A DNA stretch of 64,000 nucleotides from an uncultured Actinomycetota bacterium (lineage in GTDB: Bacteria; Actinomycetota; Actinomycetes; Propionibacteriales; Propionibacteriaceae), in contig CAVRLB010000001.1 of the NCBI GenBank assembly GCA_963722295.1, forward strand, positions 482,708 to 546,707, given 5' to 3'. Positions 60,111 through 64,000 of this stretch are shown here, piece after piece. Within the stretch, counting starts at the first letter, position 1. Every line of letters begins with the position of its first letter. Made by a program: the position numbers and the translations under genes. Under the pieces are notes generated by a model, which was not told where the DNA came from, did no database searches, and saw only the letters and a program-made list of their open reading frames with translations.

Positions 60111-60978
60111 CCCATCCTGACACGCGTCTGCCCGTGACGAAACGTGGACGCCCCGCTAGGTCGCGATGACAGATCCGCTGGGCGAATCCGGCTCGCCGCA
60201 ACTCCTCCAGCGCCGCGGGGCCCTGATCGTCGCCGTGTTCGATGACCACCAGGCCGTCGGTCTGCAAGAGCCGGTGCGCGACATCGACCACCACCCGGAT
60301 GGCGGCCAGGCCATCGTCGGCTGAGAAGAGCGCGAGGGCCGGGTCATGACTGCGTACCTCGATCGGCAGACCATCGCGCTGTGACCAGGGAATATATGGC
60401 GGGTTGGCGACCACGACCGCGGCCTGGCCGCAGACACCGGGCAGCGCGTCGGCCATGTCCGCTTCGATCACCTCGGCCGGCGTGCCCTCCAGATTGCGTC
60501 TGAGCCATCCGGCGGCCACCGGATCCTTCTCGACGGCTACCACTCGCACACCGGGAACCTCGTCGCACAGCGCGGCGCTGATCGCGCCGGATCCGGCGCA
60601 CAGCTCGACCATCAGCGGTTCGGACCCGAAGCAGCCAGCGGCCTTGAGCCTGAGTGCCTCGTCGATCGCCGCGCCCGCGACCAGTTCGGTCTCCGGGCGC
60701 GGGATGAAGACTCCGGACCCGACCTCCAGCCGTACGTTACGGAACCAGGCCTCGCCGGTGAGATGCTGAACCGGCACGCCGGCGGCCCGTTGGGCGATCA
60801 TCTGGTCGAATCGGGCACACGCCCGGGCGTCGATCTCGGAGGCGGTGAGCAACTCGGTGACCGATAGCCCGGTGGCGCTCATCAGCAGCACCCGGGCATC
60901 GGCCTTCGGGGAGTCGAGGCCGGCCTCGGCCAAAGCGGCCGATGCCTGAGCTAGCAGGATCACCGGGCGCGGGTTCAC
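60100..60978 (-). CDS. prmC: Release-factor glutamine N5-methyltransferase, 292 aa
   Basis: SAM motif [10 protein letters not shown] and catalytic VVANPPYIP. 4-nt overlap with the prfA stop. Confidence 0.88.
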   Translation of the reverse strand: MNPRPVILLAQASAALAEAGLDSPKADARVLLMSATGLSVTELLTASEIDARACARFDQMIAQRAAGVPVQHLTGEAWFRNVRLEVGSGVFIPRPETELVAGAAIDEALRLKAAGCFGSEPLMVELCAGSGAISAALCDEVPGVRVVAVEKDPVAAGWLRRNLEGTPAEVIEADMADALPGVCGQAAVVVANPPYIPWSQRDGLPIEVRSHDPALALFSADDGLAAIRVVVDVAHRLLQTDGLVVIEHGDDQGPAALEELRRAGFAQRICHRDLAGRPRFVTGRRVSGWDGE

Positions 60979-62060
60979 TGCTGGGCCTGCTCCCCCACAT
61001 GTGAGAGTCGCTCTTCGAGGTCGGCAGCCTGCAGAGCAGCGATTAGGGCCTCGAGATCGCCGCCCAGCACAGCGTCCAGGTTGTGTGCCTTGAAGCCGAT
61101 CCGGTGATCGGTGATGCGGTTCTCCGGGAAGTTGTAGGTGCGAATGCGCTCCGAACGGTCGACGGTGCGCACCTGGGATTTGCGTGCCGCCGCGGCCTGC
61201 TGTGCCTGCTCTTCCTCGGCCTTGGAGACCAGTCGCGCGCGCAGGATACGCATCGCCTGCTCCTTGTTCTGCAGCTGGCTGCGCTCGTCCTGGCAGGTCA
61301 CCACGATGCCGGACGGCAGGTGGGTGATGCGAACGGCAGAGTCGGTGGTGTTGACACCCTGACCTCCCTTGCCGCTGGAGCGGTAGACATCGACACGCAG
61401 ATCGTCCTCGTTGATCGCGATCTCGTCGTCCTCGACGTCGGGCATCACCAATACGCCCGCCGCCGACGTGTGGACGCGGCCCTGCGATTCGGTGACCGGA
61501 ACCCGCTGCACGCGGTGCACACCGCCCTCGAACTTAAGCACGCCATAGGGTGCCTGGCCCGGCTCGGGCGACTTGGACGTCTTGATCGCTGCCGTGACGG
61601 ACTTGAATCCGCCCAGGTCGGTGGATTCGGAGTCGAGCACCTGAAGCTTGAAGCCGCGTTGCTCGCAATAGCGCACGTACATATTGAGCAGGTCCGCAGC
61701 GAACAGCGCAGATTCCTCGCCGCCCTCCCCCGACTTGATCTCCATGATCGCGTCGCAGTCATCGTTGGGATCGCGCGGTGCCAGCAGCGCAGTCAACTTC
61801 TCGGTGACTACATCCAGGCGCTTTGCGATCTCGGCCTGCTCGTCGGCGAAGCTCGGGTCCTCGGCGGCCAACTCGCCCGCTGCAATCTCGTCGGCACTGA
61901 GTGCGTCATGCTCATCCAGCGCCTTGACGATCTGCGCGAGCTCGGCATACCGGCGCCCGACCACTCGTGAGCGTTTGACGTCGGACAGCACAGCCGGATC
62001 GCTCATCTGCGCTTCGAGTTCGGCGTATTCGGCCCTCATCGAATCGGCGGCTTCGAACAT
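60975..62060 (-). CDS. prfA: Peptide chain release factor 1, 361 aa
   Basis: From ATG 62060 (SD AGGAGG): RVPVTES (PxT anticodon-like motif) and [20 protein letters not shown] (GGQ). The listed ORF start at 62249 overlaps rpmE and is rejected. Confidence 0.95.
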   Translation of the reverse strand: MFEAADSMRAEYAELEAQMSDPAVLSDVKRSRVVGRRYAELAQIVKALDEHDALSADEIAAGELAAEDPSFADEQAEIAKRLDVVTEKLTALLAPRDPNDDCDAIMEIKSGEGGEESALFAADLLNMYVRYCEQRGFKLQVLDSESTDLGGFKSVTAAIKTSKSPEPGQAPYGVLKFEGGVHRVQRVPVTESQGRVHTSAAGVLVMPDVEDDEIAINEDDLRVDVYRSSGKGGQGVNTTDSAVRITHLPSGIVVTCQDERSQLQNKEQAMRILRARLVSKAEEEQAQQAAAARKSQVRTVDRSERIRTYNFPENRITDHRIGFKAHNLDAVLGGDLEALIAALQAADLEERLSHVGEQAQQ

Positions 62061-62149
62061 CAGTCCTCCTGGGAGATCGGCACAGTGCCGGGCAATGAAA
62101 GAGGCGCCGGCGACGGGTTCCTCCGCCGCCAGCGCCCGCTGGAAGACTG

Positions 62150-62359
62150 TTACTTCTTCTTGCCGTAGCGGCGCTCGAAGCGAGCGACGCGGCCACCGGT
62201 GTCGAGAATCTTCTGCTTGCCGGTGTAGAAGGGGTGGCATTCCGAGCACACATCGACGCTCATCACGTCAGATTTGATGGTGCTTCGAGTCTCGAACTGG
62301 TTCCCGCAGGTACACACGACCTTGACGTCGTGGTACTCGGGATGAGTCGACTGCTTCAT
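62150..62359 (-). CDS. rpmE: 50S ribosomal protein L31 (Zn-ribbon C+ form), 69 aa
   Basis: From ATG 62359 (SD AAGGAG): [20 protein letters not shown]...[13 protein letters not shown]. Confidence 0.93.
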   Translation of the reverse strand: MKQSTHPEYHDVKVVCTCGNQFETRSTIKSDVMSVDVCSECHPFYTGKQKILDTGGRVARFERRYGKKK

Positions 62360-62461
62360 GGTTTCTCCTTGGTTATCGTGCCGGGTCGCCAAGTAGTCGA
62401 AGGCGTGAACCGGCGCCGTCGCGCGATCTTACCGCGCGTTACGGCATTGCCCAAATCCCGG

Positions 62462-64000
62462 TCAGGACGCGCCCGGTGTGGTCTTGGCGATCGAGACGAT
62501 GAACTCCGGGTTGCTGGCCGTCTTACGCATCCGGCTTAGCAAGGTCTCCAGGGCCTGCTGATCGTCCAAGCCGGCAAGCACGCGGCGCAGCTTCCAGATG
62601 ATGTCGAGTTCGGCTCGTCCCATCAGCAGTTCCTCACGACGGGTGCTGGAGGCATCCACGTCGATGGCCGGGAAGATCCGCTTGTCGGCAAGCTGACGCG
62701 AGAGCTTCAGCTCCATATTGCCGGTGCCCTTGAACTCCTCGAAGATGACCTCGTCCATCTTGGAGCCGGTCTCCACCAGCGCGGTCGCAAGGATGGTCAG
62801 CGAGCCGCCGTTCTCGATATTGCGGGCCGCTCCGAAGAACTTCTTCGGCGGGTAGAGCGCAGCCGAGTCGACACCGCCCGACAGGATACGACCCGACGGC
62901 GGTGCAGCCAGGTTGTATGCCCTGGCGAGCCGCGTGATGCCGTCGAGCAGCACCACGACATCGCGGCCCAGCTCGACCAGTCGCTTGGCTCGCTCGATGG
63001 CAAGCTCGGCGATCGACGTGTGGTCCTCGGCCGGACGGTCGAAGGTCGACGCGATGACCTCACCGGTGGTGGTGCGCTGGAAGTCGGTGACTTCCTCGGG
63101 TCGCTCGTCGACCAGCACGACCATGAGGTGTACCTCGGGATTGTTGCTGGTGATCGAGTTGGCGATCGACTGCATCACCATCGTCTTGCCCGCCTTCGGC
63201 GGGGAGACGATCAGTCCGCGTTGCCCCTTGCCGATCGGGCTGATCAGGTCGACGATGCGCCCGGTCATGTTCTGCTGAACGGTTTCCATCCGCAGCCGCT
63301 GTTGCGGGTAGAGCGGCGTCAGCTTCGCGAAGTCGGGACGATCCCTCATTCTCTCCGGCGGCTGCCCGTTGACGGTGTCCAGACGCACCAGCGGGTTGTA
63401 CTTCTCTCGACGCTCCCCGTCCCGCGACTGACGAATGGCTCCGGTGACGATGTCGCCCTTGCGCAGTCCGTTCTTGCGGACCATCGACAACGAAACGTAG
63501 GCATCGTTGGGGCCGGCCAGATAGCCGGAGGTGCGCACGAATGCGTAGTTGTCCAAGACATCGAGGATGCCGCTGACCTCGAGAAGGACGTCGTCGTCAT
63601 GGACCGTGTCGTCCACGCGCTCGGCCTCATTGCCCGTAGGCCGGTTGCGCCGGTTACCGCGATCGCGCTGGCGGCGGTTGCGGGTACGCCGGGATCCACC
63701 GCCCTGCTCATCGTCGCCGTTGCGCGACGACGAGGGCTCAGGAGCCTGTGCGCTCGACTGCTTCGCGGCGGGCTGGACGGCTTGCTCGCGCTTGTCGTTG
63801 CTGCCGCCGCGGCCGCTGTCCCGGTCGCGCAGGCGCTCACGCACCTTCGGATCTTGACCCAACGCGGCAAGGCGGGCTCCCACGCTGTCGTCGGGACTCG
63901 GCTCGTAAGGGGCGTCAGCCACGGTGTGCTCCGCCTTTTCGATGACAGCATGCTCATTGCGCTCAGGACGAGCGATAGCCGGGCGCTCGGCAGCCCCGCT
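62462..64000 (-). CDS. rho: Transcription termination factor Rho, 3' ~512 codons (5' end beyond the right edge)
   Basis: RNA-binding domain [18 protein letters not shown], Walker [13 protein letters not shown]. Arg/Gly/Asp-rich N-terminal insertion typical of actinobacterial Rho. The frame stays open upstream of the listed GTG 63922 to the window end (...[22 protein letters not shown]). Confidence 0.92.
   Translation of the reverse strand, partial: SGAAERPAIARPERNEHAVIEKAEHTVADAPYEPSPDDSVGARLAALGQDPKVRERLRDRDSGRGGSNDKREQAVQPAAKQSSAQAPEPSSSRNGDDEQGGGSRRTRNRRQRDRGNRRNRPTGNEAERVDDTVHDDDVLLEVSGILDVLDNYAFVRTSGYLAGPNDAYVSLSMVRKNGLRKGDIVTGAIRQSRDGERREKYNPLVRLDTVNGQPPERMRDRPDFAKLTPLYPQQRLRMETVQQNMTGRIVDLISPIGKGQRGLIVSPPKAGKTMVMQSIANSITSNNPEVHLMVVLVDERPEEVTDFQRTTTGEVIASTFDRPAEDHTSIAELAIERAKRLVELGRDVVVLLDGITRLARAYNLAAPPSGRILSGGVDSAALYPPKKFFGAARNIENGGSLTILATALVETGSKMDEVIFEEFKGTGNMELKLSRQLADKRIFPAIDVDASSTRREELLMGRAELDIIWKLRRVLAGLDDQQALETLLSRMRKTASNPEFIVSIAKTTPGAS

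Overview
High-GC actinobacterial chromosome segment. The methylmalonyl-CoA epimerase sequence and the gene order suggest a Propionibacteriaceae-like organism; this is an inference from memory of family sequences, as no search was possible. Almost the whole window is conserved core. In order: dnaE 5' part (minus strand, open to the left edge, absent from the ORF track); a small non-core islet (HipA remnant, ABM monooxygenase, apparently frameshifted membrane ORF, quinone-oxidoreductase-like gene, L-fuconate dehydratase); gltBD; lgt-trpA-trpB-trpC-trpE-hisI (translationally overlapped); PadR plus a membrane partner; small Cys-rich ORF - thioredoxin - exported rhodanese; gatCAB; an MFS sugar porter; an ACT-domain protein; two small membrane ORFs; MetE-like protein - mnmA - cysteine desulfurase; glgX, glgP, glgE-glgB, NUDIX; YbbN-like protein; pgm, mce; DivIVA-domain protein; nucS and neighbours; PduO adenosyltransferase; lipoate ligase; DUF2550; the complete F1Fo ATP synthase operon; wecA-like, Sua5-like, prmC, prfA, rpmE and rho (5' end off the right edge). 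I saw no rRNA, tRNA, CRISPR array, transposase, integrase, phage gene or recognisable defence gene, and I cannot support any new multi-gene system. The most unusual signals are non-coding: (1) two CsoR/CstR-type palindromes in front of the Cys-rich-ORF/thioredoxin/rhodanese string, with no cognate regulator in view; (2) a perfect 33-bp inverted repeat plus an 18/19 inner repeat bracketing the MFS gene and splitting the gatC / ACT-gene pair; (3) a perfect 15-bp inverted repeat in front of padR; (4) a duplicated 49-bp palindromic element between fucD and gltD; (5) a 50-bp tandem repeat array after the NUDIX gene. Many long ORFs in the track are antisense shadows typical of high-GC DNA. Several real genes start well inside their listed ORFs; starts were re-picked from Shine-Dalgarno (SD) context, ATGA/GTGA overlaps and family N-termini.
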